From contig CM075993.1 in the NCBI GenBank assembly GCA_038087875.1, positions 6,698,001 through 6,762,000 of the forward strand: a stretch of DNA of 64,000 bases. The letters run 5' to 3'. Below, piece by piece: positions 22,681 through 34,200 of this stretch; the stretch's first letter is position 1, and each line of letters starts with the position of its first letter. Under the pieces are notes generated by a model that was not told the DNA's origin, did not search any database, and saw nothing but the letters and a program-made list of their open reading frames with translations. The position numbers and the translations under genes are program-made. Source of the DNA: Malacoraja senta (taxonomy: Eukaryota).

Positions 22681-23252
22681 GAGTCAAATCAAGAGTGTTT
22701 TATTGTCATATGTCCTGGATGGGACAATGACATTCTTCCTTGCTGCAGCACAACAGAATATGTGAATATGTAAACATTGTATATAACAGGGGAAAAAAGA
22801 AAAAATTCAATAAATAACAAATATAGTGCAAATAACAAATAATAATATAGTCTTTTGCAGTTCAGAGCTCAGAGCTTATTCGTTGTGTTTAATAGCCTGA
22901 TGGCTGTGGGGAAGAAGCTGTTCCTGAACCTGGACGTTACAGTTTTCAGGCTCCTGTACCTTCTTCCTGATGACAATGGTGAGATAAGTGTGTGGCCAGG
23001 ATGGTGAGGGTCCTTGATGATTTTGGCTGCCTTTTTGAGGCAGCGACTACGATAGATCCCTTCGACGGAGGGGAGGTCAAAGCTGATGATGGACTGGGCA
23101 GTGGTCACAACTTTATGTAGCCTTTTTCGCTCCTGGACGTTCAAGTTGCCGAATCAGGCCACGAGGCAACCAGTCAGAATGTTCTCTACGTGCACCTGTA
23201 GAACTTTGGGAGAATCCTCCTCGACATGCCGAATCTCCGTAATCTTCTCAGG
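22681..23252 (-). mobile_element. Rex1/Babar-type LINE 3' end
   Basis: ORF 22869..23144 RKRLHKVVTTAQSII...KAAKIIKDPHHPGHTL...SGRRYRS...RFRNSFFPTAIRLLN. Confidence 0.8.
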
Positions 23253-23360
23253 AAACAGGCCCTTCAGCCCACCGCGTCCGCACCGACCAGCGATCCCCGC
23301 ACACTAACACGATCCTACACACGCTAGGGACAATTATACATTCATACCAAGCCAATTAAC

Positions 23361-23457
23361 GTCTGAAGAAGGGTTTCAGCCCGAAACGTTACCTATTTCC
23401 TTCGCTCCATAGATGCTGCTGCACCCACTGAGTTTCTCCAGTATTTTTGTGTACCTT
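23361..23457 (+). mobile_element. 97-bp Penelope mini-insertion (hammerhead plus downstream arm) inside an HE1 SINE, 8-bp TSD
   Basis: CAATTAAC at 23353-23360 and 23458-23465; the insert begins GT-CTGAAGA. Confidence 0.8.
23363..23390 (+). ncRNA. Minimal hammerhead ribozyme motif; copy 2 at 55551-55578
   Basis: CUGAAGA-A-GGGU(UUCA)GCCC-GAAAC-GUU. Confidence 0.65.
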
Positions 23458-23544
23458 CAATTAACTAACAACCCTTGAAGAGTGGGAGGAGATCGAAGAT
23501 CCCGGAGAAAACCCACGCAGGTCACAGGGAGAACAATATACAGT

Positions 23545-23770
23545 AGACATTAGGTGCAGGAGTAGGCCATTCGGCCCTTCGAGCCAGCACCGCCATTCAA
23601 TGTGATCATGGCTGATCATCCGCAATCAGTACCCAGTTCTTGATTTCTCCCCATATCCCCTGACTCCGCTATCTTTAAGAGCCCTATCTAGCTCTCTTTT
23701 GAAAGTATCCGGAGAACCGGCCTCCACCGCCCTCTGAGGCAGAGAATTCCACAGACTCACAACTGTGTGA
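23545..23770 (-). mobile_element. CR1 3' end inserted in the same SINE
   Basis: VVSLWNSLPQRAVEAGS..FKRELDRAL in ORF 23626..23913. Confidence 0.8.
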
Positions 23771-23938
23771 AAGAACGTACAAACTCCATACAGACAGCAC
23801 CCGTAGCCGGTATCGAATCCAGGTCTCTGGCGCTGTAAGGCAGCAACTCTACCACCGCGCCACCATGCCGCCCACAGGATAAAGATCCAATCAAGCCCAA
23901 TTCTGAGGAGCACATTCAGGCATTTGTAATGAAGTCGT

Positions 23939-24385
23939 GAATCAAGAGTGTTTAATTGTAGTATGTACGGACAATTGCAATGAGAGTCTTCCTTGCTGCA
24001 TCTTATAGGCCCGTAAACTCAATAACACACTGATAAATATGTAATAGTCATAATACATTATATTAATAACCGTAATTCTGGGTAACCATATTAATGCAAA
24101 ACTAAAGTCCATAGCACAACCAACGGCACAGTCCATAGAAGATCATAGTTGCTGTGGTTAGTGTTGTGTTGTGTTCAAGAGCCTGGTGATTACTGGAAGG
24201 AAGCTGTTCTTGAACCTGGTGGTCACGGTTTTCAGGATCCCCCTCCCCCCCCCACCCCCCCCGATGGTGATAACAGATTGATTAGTGAGATGAGAGCGTG
24301 GACAGGGTGGTGAGGAATTTAGATGATTTTTGGCTGCCTTTTTGAGGCAGCAACTCCTGTAGATCCCTTCAAAAGTGGAGAGCAG
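23939..24385 (-). mobile_element. Decayed Rex1/Babar-type 3' end
   Basis: Similar to 22681-23252 (gaagctgttcttgaacctg, gatttttggctgcctttttgaggcagc). Confidence 0.65.
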
Positions 24386-24824
24386 GTGATGGTGACATGT
24401 TTAAGAAAGATTTTATTTTGCCAGCACTCCCATTAAATTGTTGTGCAAGATGTTACAACATGCTACAAGGTCAGTTATTGCCATGGAAAGATTTAAGACT
24501 AGCCTTAAAAGTGTAGAGTCATTGACCCATAGAGCGTGGAAACAAGCCCTTCGCCCCAACTTGCCCACCGGCCAACATGTCCATTCTGCACTAGTCCCTG
24601 CATTTGGCCCATATCCCTCTAAACCTGTCCTATCCATGTACCTGTCCAATTATTGTTTACACATTATGATAGTCCCTGCCACATCCCACAACTACCTCCT
24701 CCGGCAGCTCGTTCCTTACACCCACCAACCCTTTGTGTGCACGAGTTACCCCTCAGCTTCCGAACATGATTGATGTCACCAAAGAAATATTTTACCATTG
24801 CAGATGAATTCTGGAAAAGATTAC

Positions 24825-24869
24825 CTCGGTGAATGACAGGAGTTCAGAAGTGGGACGCAAGTCACGAAA
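24825..24869 (-). CDS. ALPK3: Candidate ALPK3 small upstream exon (exon 2 equivalent), uncertain
   Basis: cttggtcag|TTTCGTG...CACCGAG|gtaatc; 45 nt, phase 2-2, FVTCVPLLNSCHSP(R) joins in frame to the 122-nt exon. Copy 2 (57030-57073) is only 44 nt. Confidence 0.35.
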
Positions 24870-24900
24870 CTGACCAAGCAGCAAGGTGGCACCACAGATA

Positions 24901-25112
24901 GACCTCCAATTTCAGGTAGTCCCTGCTTTCTCCTTCTTTCCCCTCCCCTTCCCAGCTCTCCCACAGCCCACTGTCTCCGCCTCTTCCTTTCTTCTTCCCG
25001 CCCCCACCCCCGCATCAGTCTGAAGAAGGGTCTCGACCCGAAACGTTGCCTATTTCCTTCGTTCCATAGATGCTGCCTCACCCGCTGAGTTTCTCCAGCA
25101 TTTTTGTCCACC
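24901..25112 (+). mobile_element. Penelope-like 3' end (SNFR* + UTR + hammerhead repeat)
   Basis: tccaatttcaggtag = SNFR*, the same C-terminus as the GIY-YIG fragment, then a pyrimidine UTR and terminal repeat. Confidence 0.8.
25020..25047 (+). ncRNA. Minimal hammerhead ribozyme motif (absent from copy 2)
   Basis: CUGAAGA-A-GGGU(CUCG)ACCC-GAAAC-GUU. Confidence 0.7.
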
Positions 25113-26205
25113 ATAGGTAGACTGTTGTCTTACGGATCTAGGGTTCGATCCTAACCTTGGGCGCTGTTTGTGAGGAGTTTGCACATTCTCCATGTGACCG
25201 CATGAGTGTCCTCCCACATTCCAAAGCTGTACGGCTTGGTAAAATGGCCGTTGCGTGGTAAGGGGCAAAAATAAATAAATAAATGGGCACGTGTCAGAGA
25301 CAATAATTTGAATGCTACAGGGAATTAGCAGAGGGAGAATATGATTTCTCTAATGGGAGCCTGTACAGATTCGATGGGCTGAATGGCCTCCTTTGCGCCG
25401 TAATGAATTAGCGAATACAAAGAGTTTTCATATTAATGTGAAATGAGTTGGTGGAAATAATGGCAGCAATAAACACACAATGTGCGGATTATGTGGATAC
25501 ACGGGAGATAAAAGGAACTGCAGGTGCTGGTTTACGTAAAAGAATAAAAAGTGCTGGAGTAACTCAGCGGGTCAGGCAGCATCTCTGGAGAACAACATGG
25601 ATAGGTGACGTTTCTTGGCTGCCATCTCTTTGGCAGGTTAAAAATGGATTCCGCACAGTAATAGTATCTGAGTCCGCTATAAACTGTAATGGCCGCCGTG
25701 AGGGGAGAGGGGACGAACTTTGGACAATGGGGGGGGGGGGAAACAAGAGGGAGAGCCGGTGTGCTTTGTAACTGTCAGTACCGTAGGTGGCTGCTATTTG
25801 TATACATTGTGTATACAACCAGAGCGTCTCTCTGCACATATCACAATAAAGTATTCCTATTCCTAACAAAACTCGGACCATATATATTAAAAAACTACAT
25901 ATGGGGCAATAAAATGAAAATGTAATTTCTATGACATTCCTCTGCTACATTAAGATGTCCAGATAGTTGTGTTAATACTTTGTTGAAACAGCAAGCAAAA
26001 AAGATTATAGATGTAGGAAGGAACTGCAGATGCTGGTTTACACCAAAGATAGACACAAAATGCTGGAGTAATTCAGCGGGACAGGCAGCATCACTGGAGA
26101 AAAGGAATGGGAGTACTGTATGCCAACATCAACAAGTACATTTCACAATGGACCAACAGATGGCTGTGAGGCAAGGTGAAGGTCCTATTTCTGTACATGC
26201 ATGAC

Positions 26206-26405
26206 NNNNNNNNNNNNNNNNNNNNNNNNNNNNNNNNNNNNNNNNNNNNNNNNNNNNNNNNNNNNNNNNNNNNNNNNNNNNNNNNNNNNNNNNNNNNNNN
26301 NNNNNNNNNNNNNNNNNNNNNNNNNNNNNNNNNNNNNNNNNNNNNNNNNNNNNNNNNNNNNNNNNNNNNNNNNNNNNNNNNNNNNNNNNNNNNNNNNNNN
26401 NNNNN
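26206..26405. other. Assembly gap, 200 N
   Basis: Run of N visible directly; the round length suggests an arbitrary scaffolding spacer. Confidence 0.99.
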
Positions 26406-26689
26406 AAACTAAACAAAGTATTAATGCAAGCTGGGAGAAGCTGTAATCTGTACACTGTGGACGGCTTAATTGTAATCAAGTGTAGTCTTTTTAGCTGACC
26501 GGATAGCACGCAACAAAAAGCTTTTAACTGTACCTCAGTACATGTGGCAATAATAAACTAAAACTAAACTCTTTCAAATGTGCAGGCCAATAAATAAATA
26601 CATTGTTGTCATAGCAACCGAGAAAAACGTAAGTGCATCAAATTGTTTGCAATTATCCTGCAGGGGCCAAGGTGATGTCTTCCCACTTA

Positions 26690-26990
26690 TTTTAGTTCAG
26701 TTTAGTTTTAGTTTAGAAATACAGCGTGGAAATAGGCCCTTCGGCCCACCGAGTGCTTACCAGCCATCCATCAGCCATTCACACTAGTTCCGTGTTATCC
26801 CACTTTTGCATGCCACAGTCTTGGGGAAATTTACAGAAGCCAAATTAATCCACAAACCCGCACGTCTTTGGAATATGGGAGGAAACCGGAGCAGTCGGAG
26901 GAAGCCCACGCGGTCACAGGGAGAACGTGCAAACTCCATAGAAACGGCACCCATAGTCAGGATTGAACCGGGTTTCTGGCGCTGTGAGGC
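26690..26990 (-). mobile_element. HE1-like SINE
   Basis: Reverse copy with tail (taaac)n. Confidence 0.75.
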
Positions 26991-27013
26991 TACAGCTGAT
27001 CATTGTTAAGTTA

Positions 27014-27522
27014 AGGGCCTGTCCCACTTGGGCGACCTAATCCGCGATTTCTGGCGAGTTTGCCCTCGACTCATACTCGCAGCATGGCCGACACGAGGTC
27101 ATAGGAGGTCTTCGTAACTCTCCTTCATGCTCCAGAGTGGTCTCCGCGTACTCGAGGCCTCAGCTACGTCGCGGCGTTTTTTTCAATATGTTAAAAAATG
27201 CCCGTGGGTAAACAAAGGTCGCCATGGAAAAATCTATACTTTTTTTACTCGAAGGTTTAGTCAAAGTAGGTCGTAGTAGGTCGGCATGTTAGTCGTAGGT
27301 AATCGAGGGTAGTCGAAGGTAGTCATAGATAGTCTTCATCATAGTCGAAGGGAGGTCGAAGGAGGTCGAAGGAGGTTGTCTTCACTCTCCACCATTCGGT
27401 GTCCAATTTCCCCGAAGTTAGTCGTAGCTAGTCTTCAACATCGTCGAAGGAGGTCGAAGGAGGTCTTCTACATGTCATTTTTTCAAACTCGCCAATTAGG
27501 TCGCCCAAGTGGGACAGCCCCT
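27014..27522. mobile_element. PIF/Harbinger-like MITE, complete
   Basis: TIRs AGGGCCTGTCCCACTTGGGCGACCTAAT / ATTAGGTCGCCCAAGTGGGACAGCCCCT (27/28 match); flanks tta / tca; internal (GTCGAAGGAG)n and GTCGTAG repeats. Confidence 0.8.
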
Positions 27523-27984
27523 TCACTGGGTTGGGATTGTGTATTGTTGTTGACTGAATGAAAGATGCAATGGAGGAGACTGCTTTAGATTATTTCATGG
27601 CTATGAAGGATGCAGGAAGGATGCGTTCCTTACTACCGATTTACTTTCCTGACCATTGCTTTTCCTACATCAACATGAACTTATGAATACACCAAAATAT
27701 AAATGTTTGTTAGAAATATGAAGAAAAATTCCAAGATGCCTTCATACATTTGGCAGTATATTTTGACCAGTAAAACAATACACAAATCTAACTCATAAAT
27801 ATAATACGTAATTGAAAACATTATGTAAATGATGATGAGAAGCATGTAAGGGGTTTCAAGAGAAACCAGGGAAGGAATGGAACTGCCTGAGAGCTAACAT
27901 ATTTACGGGCCAAATGGCCTCCTTCTGTGTCGAGAGAAAATCTCTGGATTGGTGACATTTCAGCCAGCTGTCCGTAATTCTTAT

Positions 27985-28179
27985 GGTGCAGGAGGGAACT
28001 GCAGATGCTGGTTTACACCGAAGATAGACACAAGATGCTGGAGTAACTCGGCGGGACAGGCAGTATCTCTGGATAGAAGGAATGGGTGAAGTTTCAGGTC
28101 GAGACCCTTCTTCAGACAACCATTCCTTTTATCCAGAGATGCTGCCTGTCCCACTGAGTTACTCCAGCATTTTGTGTCT
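27985..28179. mobile_element. Fold-back Penelope terminal-repeat insertion
   Basis: Inverted arms gacacaagatgctggagtaactc / gagttactccagcattttgtgtc. Confidence 0.75.
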
Positions 28180-28360
28180 TCATTTTTCAGCCCTTGTCCT
28201 GATTTTCTTTATCAACAGGTTGGGAAATACATTCCAAAGTGGTTACAAACGTCTATTCATAGCTGCAGTTTATTTGTGACCCTCTAGCATTTTTTATTCT
28301 TATTTGGGTAATTGTTGATGAAAGGTGCTGGTCCAACAGTTGCAAGGAGAATCATGTTAT

Positions 28361-28625
28361 GTGTGGGAAAGAACTGCAGATGCTGGTTTAAATCAAAGGT
28401 AGACCCAAAATGCTGGAGTAACTCAGCGGGACAGGCAGCATCTCTGGAGAGGAGGAATGGGTGACATTTCGGGTCGAGACCCTTCTTCAAGTCTGAAGAA
28501 ATCTGGATTGGTGACACTTCAGCCAGCTGAAGAAAGGGTCTCGACCCAATGCATCACCCATTCCTTCTCTGCAGAGATGCTGCCTGTCCCGCTGAGTTAC
28601 TCCAGCATTTTGTGTCTATCTTTGG
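28361..28625. mobile_element. Fold-back Penelope terminal-repeat insertion with captured spacer
   Basis: Inverted arms with degenerate hammerhead cores facing outward; spacer 28502-28529 matches 27943-27970. Confidence 0.8.
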
Positions 28626-28717
28626 TCTCTGGAGAAAATGGATCACCTGAAGAAGGGTCCTGACCCAAATCGTCACCTATCTGTTATCTCCAAAGATGCT
28701 GCCTGACCCGCTGAGTT

Positions 28718-29160
28718 AGAGTCATAGAGTGATACAGTATGGAAACAGGCCCTTCGGCCCAACTTGCCCACACTGGCCAACATGTCCCAGCTACCCTAGT
28801 CCCACTTGCATGCACTTGGTCCATAACCTTCCAAACCTGTCCTATCCATGTACCTGTCCAATTGTTTCTTAAACGATGGGATAGTCCCAGCCTCAACTCC
28901 CTCCTCTGGCAGCTTGTTCCATACACCCACCACCCCTGTGTGAAAAAGTTCACCCTCGCATTCCTATTAAATCTTTTCCCCTTCACTTTGAACCTATGTC
29001 CTCTGGTCCTCGATGCCCCTACTCTGGGTAAAAGACTGTGCGTCTACCCGATCTATTCCTCTCATGATTTTGTACACCTCTATAAGATCTCCCCTCATCC
29101 TCCTACGCTCCATGGAATAAAGTCCCAGTCTACTCAACCTCTCCCTATAGCTCACACCCT
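28718..29160 (-). mobile_element. CR1 LINE 3' end
   Basis: KGKRFNRNARVNFFTQ in ORF 28684..28986; tail gggccgaagggcctgtttcc. Confidence 0.8.
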
Positions 29161-29273
29161 CTTCATTTTGTGTCTGTCGGGTTATCTCCCTGCTTCAGCA
29201 ACCTGGAGGTGCAGTGCATTGGAGATTCCGATATCCCATTTACTAAGTGGACTGCATTGTTCTCTGTGACATT

Positions 29274-29570
29274 GGGTGGCACGGTGGCACAGCTGGTCGA
29301 CCTGCTGCCTCGTAGCACCAGAGACCCGAGTTTGATCCTGACCTTAGGTGCTGTGTGTGTGGAGTTTGCACGTTCTCCCTGCGACTGCGTGGGTTTCCTC
29401 TGGTTTCCTCCCACAGTTCAAACCCGTGCGGGTTTGTAGGCTAATTGGCCCTCTGTAAATTACCCCCCGTGTCTAGGGAGTGGATGAGAAAGTGGGATAA
29501 CATAGAACTAGTGTGAATGGGTGATCGATAGTTGACGTGGGCCAAAAGCCCTTTATTCTAGCAGTATCTC
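29274..29570 (+). mobile_element. HE1-like SINE
   Basis: gggtggcacggtggcacag head and V-domain. Confidence 0.8.
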
Positions 29571-30430
29571 CATCAGACCAGTTATATCTTTGCTACAAAT
29601 GTTGTACCCTTTAACCTTTAACTGTGCGCTGTGATCAACCGGGTTGTATTCATATATAGTCTGTTCTTTGGTTGAACAGCACACAAACAAAAGCTTTACA
29701 CTGTACCTCGGTGACAATAATAAACCTTAATTAAACTATCTTTCAATCGATCAAGTTGTGAGGGTGACAGAGATGGCTATCTTTGTAACACTTGATGAAT
29801 GACTCTCTATTTCATTGTTAAGCTTGAAACGCCTGGCGTTATGAGCTGCCAGAGGAGGTGGTTGAGGCAAGTACTATAACAATATTTAATAGATATTTGG
29901 ACAGGATCATGGATAGGGAAGGTTTAGAGTGATTTGGCCAAATATGGGCAGGTGGGACTAGTGTAGATGAGGCATCTTGGTTGGCATGGGCAAGTTGGGC
30001 CGAAAGGCCTATTTCCGTGCCGTATGACACAGTAGTGTCATGGAGCTAGCTGAGATAATGCCAATCCTGACCTCCAGTGCTGTCCAAGTGGAGTTTGCAG
30101 GTTCACCCTGTCTCCTCTGGGTGCTCCAGTCTCTCCCCCCTTCCCCCCCCCCCCCCCCACATGCCAAGGATGAGCATGTTGATCGATTAATCAGCCAGTG
30201 TAATCTGCTCCAACCGTGCAGGAGAAGGCAGGAACCCAGGGGGGAAATGTGTGGGGATTGACGGATTACAGGAAAGGTTAGCGGGGAACGGGACCACTGT
30301 GTGTGTCAGCATAGACTCGATGGGCCGAAAGGTCAGGAGGAAAAATGGAGGTCACTATTTACTGATCTCAAAGTAGGAAGTCCTGCGTGGTTCCTTATTG
30401 TCAACCTGGACTTTCCCTTGGGACTGGGCT

Positions 30431-30922
30431 ATAACCTATCGGTGTGAACATTGAATTCTCCAATTTTAGGTAATATTCACCTCTATTTTTCCTCCCTTCT
30501 GTTTTTCCATTATCCCTCCCGCAATTCCCATCCATTGCTCCCGCTATTCTGCCCCTCTCCCCCCCCCCCCCTCCTCCCACCCACCCTCCATCCACTTCCA
30601 CGTTTATCCCTCTGGCTTTAAATTGCACTTCTCTGCTTTATCTGACACCCTTTAGTCTCCTTTTTATTTCTAGTCTTTGTCTACCCATTTACCAGTCAAT
30701 CCCTCCTCACCTGTATCCACCTATCACTTGCCTGCCTTTGTCCTGCCCCCAAGTCTCCTTTCCAGCATTCTTCCCCCCAACTACAATCAGTTTGAAGAAG
30801 GGTCTCGACGTGAAATGTCACCCATTTCTTCTCTCCAGAGATGCTGCCTGGAGATGCTGCCTGGAGATGCTGCCTGATCCAGCATGTTGTATCTATCTTC
30901 GATTTAAATCAGCATCTGCAGT
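30431..30922 (+). mobile_element. Penelope-like 3' end (GIY-YIG tail PIGVNIEFSNFR*, UTR, decayed hammerhead repeat)
   Basis: cctatcggtgtgaacattgaattctccaattttaggtaa, then a pyrimidine UTR and tttgaagaagggtctcgacgtgaaatgtc. Confidence 0.8.
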
Positions 30923-31237
30923 TTAGTTTAGTTTAGTTTACAGATACAGCACGGAAACAGGTCCTTCGGCCCACCGGGTCCGCGCCGACCAGCGATCCCC
31001 GCACATTAACTCTATCCTACACCCACTAGGGACAATTTTTATATTTACCAAGCCAATTAACCTACAAACCTGTATGTCTTTGGAGTGTGGGAGGAAACTG
31101 AAGATCTCGGAGAAAACCCACGCAGGTCACGGGGAGAACGTACAAACTCCGTACAGGCAGCACCCGTACTCGGGATCGAACCCGGGTCTCCGGCGCTGCA
31201 TTCGCTCTAAGGCAGCAACTCTACCGCTGCGCCACAC
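30921..31237 (-). mobile_element. HE1-like SINE
   Basis: Full reverse copy with (taaac)n tail. Confidence 0.85.
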
Positions 31238-34200
31238 TGACTGCCCTACACATGCTGCCTAACCCGCTGAGTTCCTCCAGCACTTTGTGTTTTGCTCAGA
31301 TTCCAGCACCTGCAGTTCCTGGAGTCATAGAGCCAAACAGTGTGGAAACCGGCCCCTCGGCCCAGCCTGGCCCGCATTGACCAGCCCATACCCCATCTAC
31401 ACTAGTCCCACCTGCCTGACCCCGCTGAGTTACTCCAGCACTTTGTGTCTATCTTTGGTGTAAACCAGTTCTTTGTTTCTACATTTTATATATATTTCAG
31501 AGTCCGTGTCCCCATAGTAACTACTTGTACTGTGCAGGTAGACACTGGGGGGGTTTGTGTGTGAAACTGATGCTCATTTAATACACATCTCAGTGTCGTT
31601 CTTCCTTAAGGATGGTCCAGGAACGGAACCGTGATGAGAGGCCCTGGGGTTAAATCACTCCATCAGTTTTTTAGGATGATCTGGTCATTTAGAGTCATGG
31701 AGTCATACAGAGTGGAAACAGGCCCTTCAGCCCAACTTGCCCATGCCGACCAACATGCCCCATCTACACCTGTCCCACCTGCCTGCGTTTGGTCCACGTC
31801 CCTCTAATCCTGTCCTATCCGTCTACCTGTCGAAATGTTTCTTCAACGTCCGTGCCTCCTATCCCAGGGCACGATGCGTACTGAAGAATAAAAAGATCTG
31901 AAGAATACAAAGGAAATGCTGGGCAGCTAATCTACTGATTCATTCTCTCTGTAACTGAGACACCGAAAAGAAAACCGTGGGCAGCCACGGTGTGGCGCAG
32001 CGGTAGAGTTGCTGCCTTACAGCGCTTGCAGCGCCGGAGACCCGGGTTCGATCCCGACTACGGGTGCTGCCTGTACGGAGTTTGCGCGTTCCCCTCGTGA
32101 CCTGCGTGGGTTTTCTCCGAGATCTTCGGTTTCCTCCCGCGCTCCAGAGACGCACAGGTGTGTAGGTTAAGTGTTTAGGAAGGAACTGCAGATGCTGGAA
32201 AATCCCAGGTAGACAAAAATGCTGGAGAAACTCAGCGGGTGCAGCAGCATCTATGGAGCGAAGGAAATAGGCAACGTTTTGGGCCGAAACCCTACCGGGT
32301 TTCGTCCCGAAACGTTGCCTATTTCCTTCAGGGTTTCGGCCCGAAACGTTGCCTATTTCCTTCGCTCCATAGATGCTGCTGCACCCGCTGAGTTTCTCCA
32401 GCATTTTTGTGTACCTGGTGTGTAGGTTAATTGATTTGGTGTGTGTAGGGTTAGCGTTCGTGTGTGGGGATTGCTGGTCGGTGCGGACTTGATGGGCCAA
32501 AGGGCCTGTCTCCGCACTGTATCTCTAAACTAAACTAAACTAAAGATGGCTTGACTATGCCCCTGGAACATGAAGGGTATCTTCATGCGCGATTTCCAAA
32601 GGCAAGTGTTAAAGAGAAGCTCGACTTCACTTCTAATGAGCTGATATCCTCCTGGCATTTGTTCTCCTTTAGATGTTGTGGTGTCGTATGTACCCGGTAT
32701 GGATGACGACCTGGTTTTTGCCTCCCATTCTGGAGGTCACCTACTGTCGCTAGCAGCAGCATCAGCTGCAACAGATGTCATCATATGCAACTCCTGTCAA
32801 ACAGTGCTTGCTTAATGCTTCTCTAAATAGGCGGCGAGTGACACACGCCTTACTCTCCCGCTCAACCAGAACGCTGTCCTCCATGAGGTCAGAGAGTCAG
32901 AGTGCCGAGCAGCACGGAAACAGACCCATGTCCCTCTATCCATGTACCTGTCCACATATCTTCTAGATGGCGCAGCGGTAGAGTTGCTGCCTTACAGCGC
33001 ATGCAGCGCCAGAGACCCAGGTTCGATCCCGACTACGGGTCCTGTCTGTATGGAGTTTGTGCGTTCTCCCCGTGACCTGCCTGGGTTTTCTCCAAGATCT
33101 TCGGTTTCATCCCACACTCCAAAGACGTACAGATTTGTAGGTTAATTGGCTTGATATAAGTGTAAATTGTCCCTAGTGTGTGTGGGATAGTGTTAATGTG
33201 TGGGGATCGCTGGTAGGTGCGGACTCGGTGGGCCGAAGGGCCTGTTTCTGCGTTGTATCTCCAAACTATACTAAAAATATTGCGGTAGTTCCAGTCTCAA
33301 ATACCTCCACTGGCAGTTCCCTCCATGTACCCACCACCCTCTGTGTGAAAAAGTTACCCCTCAGGTTCTTATTAAATCGTTCCTCTCTCATCTTAAACCT
33401 AACGGGCCTGTCACACTTGGGCGACCTAACCCGCGAGTCCAGAAGAGTGTCTTCGACCTTCAAGCTCAAGGGGCACTCGCCTGGAAAGCCTCGAGCTGGA
33501 TCGACCGGCCGCGTTGAAACTGCGAGCTGGATCGAGCGAACCGCGAGCTGCATCTACCGCACGCACACACACACACAAGCACATCGTGAAGGTGGGGGCC
33601 AGGGAAAGCGGAGGAGCGTTGTCTGCGCGATGAAGAGGCAGGAAAACGGCTGCCACAGTAACGGTAAGTCCTTTGGAGAGCGCAGAAGGGGGGGGAGAGA
33701 AGGGGGGGAGAAGGGGAGGAGAAGGGGGGGGAGAAGGGGGGGGAGAAGGGGGGGAGAAGGGGGGGAGAAGGGGGGTAGAAGGGGGGAAGGGGGGGAGAAG
33801 GGGGGGAGAAGGGGGGGAGAAGGGGGGGAGAAGGGGGGGAGAAGGGGGGGAGAAGGGGGGGGAGAAGGGGGGGGAGAAGGAGTGGAGACACTTTTAAGAG
33901 TATAATAAAGTTTAGCGGGCATTTTACCTTCCAGTAGGTCTACCTTGGTCCTGAAAACTCCAATGAGCCAATCAAATTGCCCGGTCAGCGAAGGAGATTG
34001 CCCTCGACTGCCTGTAAGTAAATAGCGACCCCACTCCACTGCACTACGAGTTAAAAAGACCCATGCCCACCAAATTTTACTTGCGGAAAATTTTTCAATA
34101 TCCGGGAAAATCTTTCCGCGACCTAGCTGAGGCCGCGTGTAGGCGGGAACTTCCCTCGAGCATGCAGGAGAGTTCCAGCGAACTCATAGGACCTCCTAGG

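Larger units (their letters stand above)
1..26205 (+). repeat. Copy 1 of a ~26.2-kb near-identical segment (extends beyond the window start)
   Basis: Base 1 matches 32103 and 26205 matches 58337 (both end ...gtacatgcatgac). The ORF track repeats at an offset of ~32.1-32.2 kb, with only scattered SNPs and indels. Confidence 0.98.

Noticed and set aside
26129..26509. ORFs spanning the gap
   Set aside because: Artefacts of the N run.
27240..27470. Short GTCGAAGGAG/GTCGTAG repeats as a CRISPR-like array
   Set aside because: No constant repeat with unique spacers; internal repeats of a MITE in a vertebrate genome.
29938..29947. CArG box CCAAATATGG
   Set aside because: Falls inside a CR1 tail as a chance variant.
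33180..34039. Gly/Glu/Arg-rich and Pro-rich ORFs (also 1078-1760, 2215-2595, 58992-59783)
   Set aside because: Translations of microsatellites and MITE interiors.
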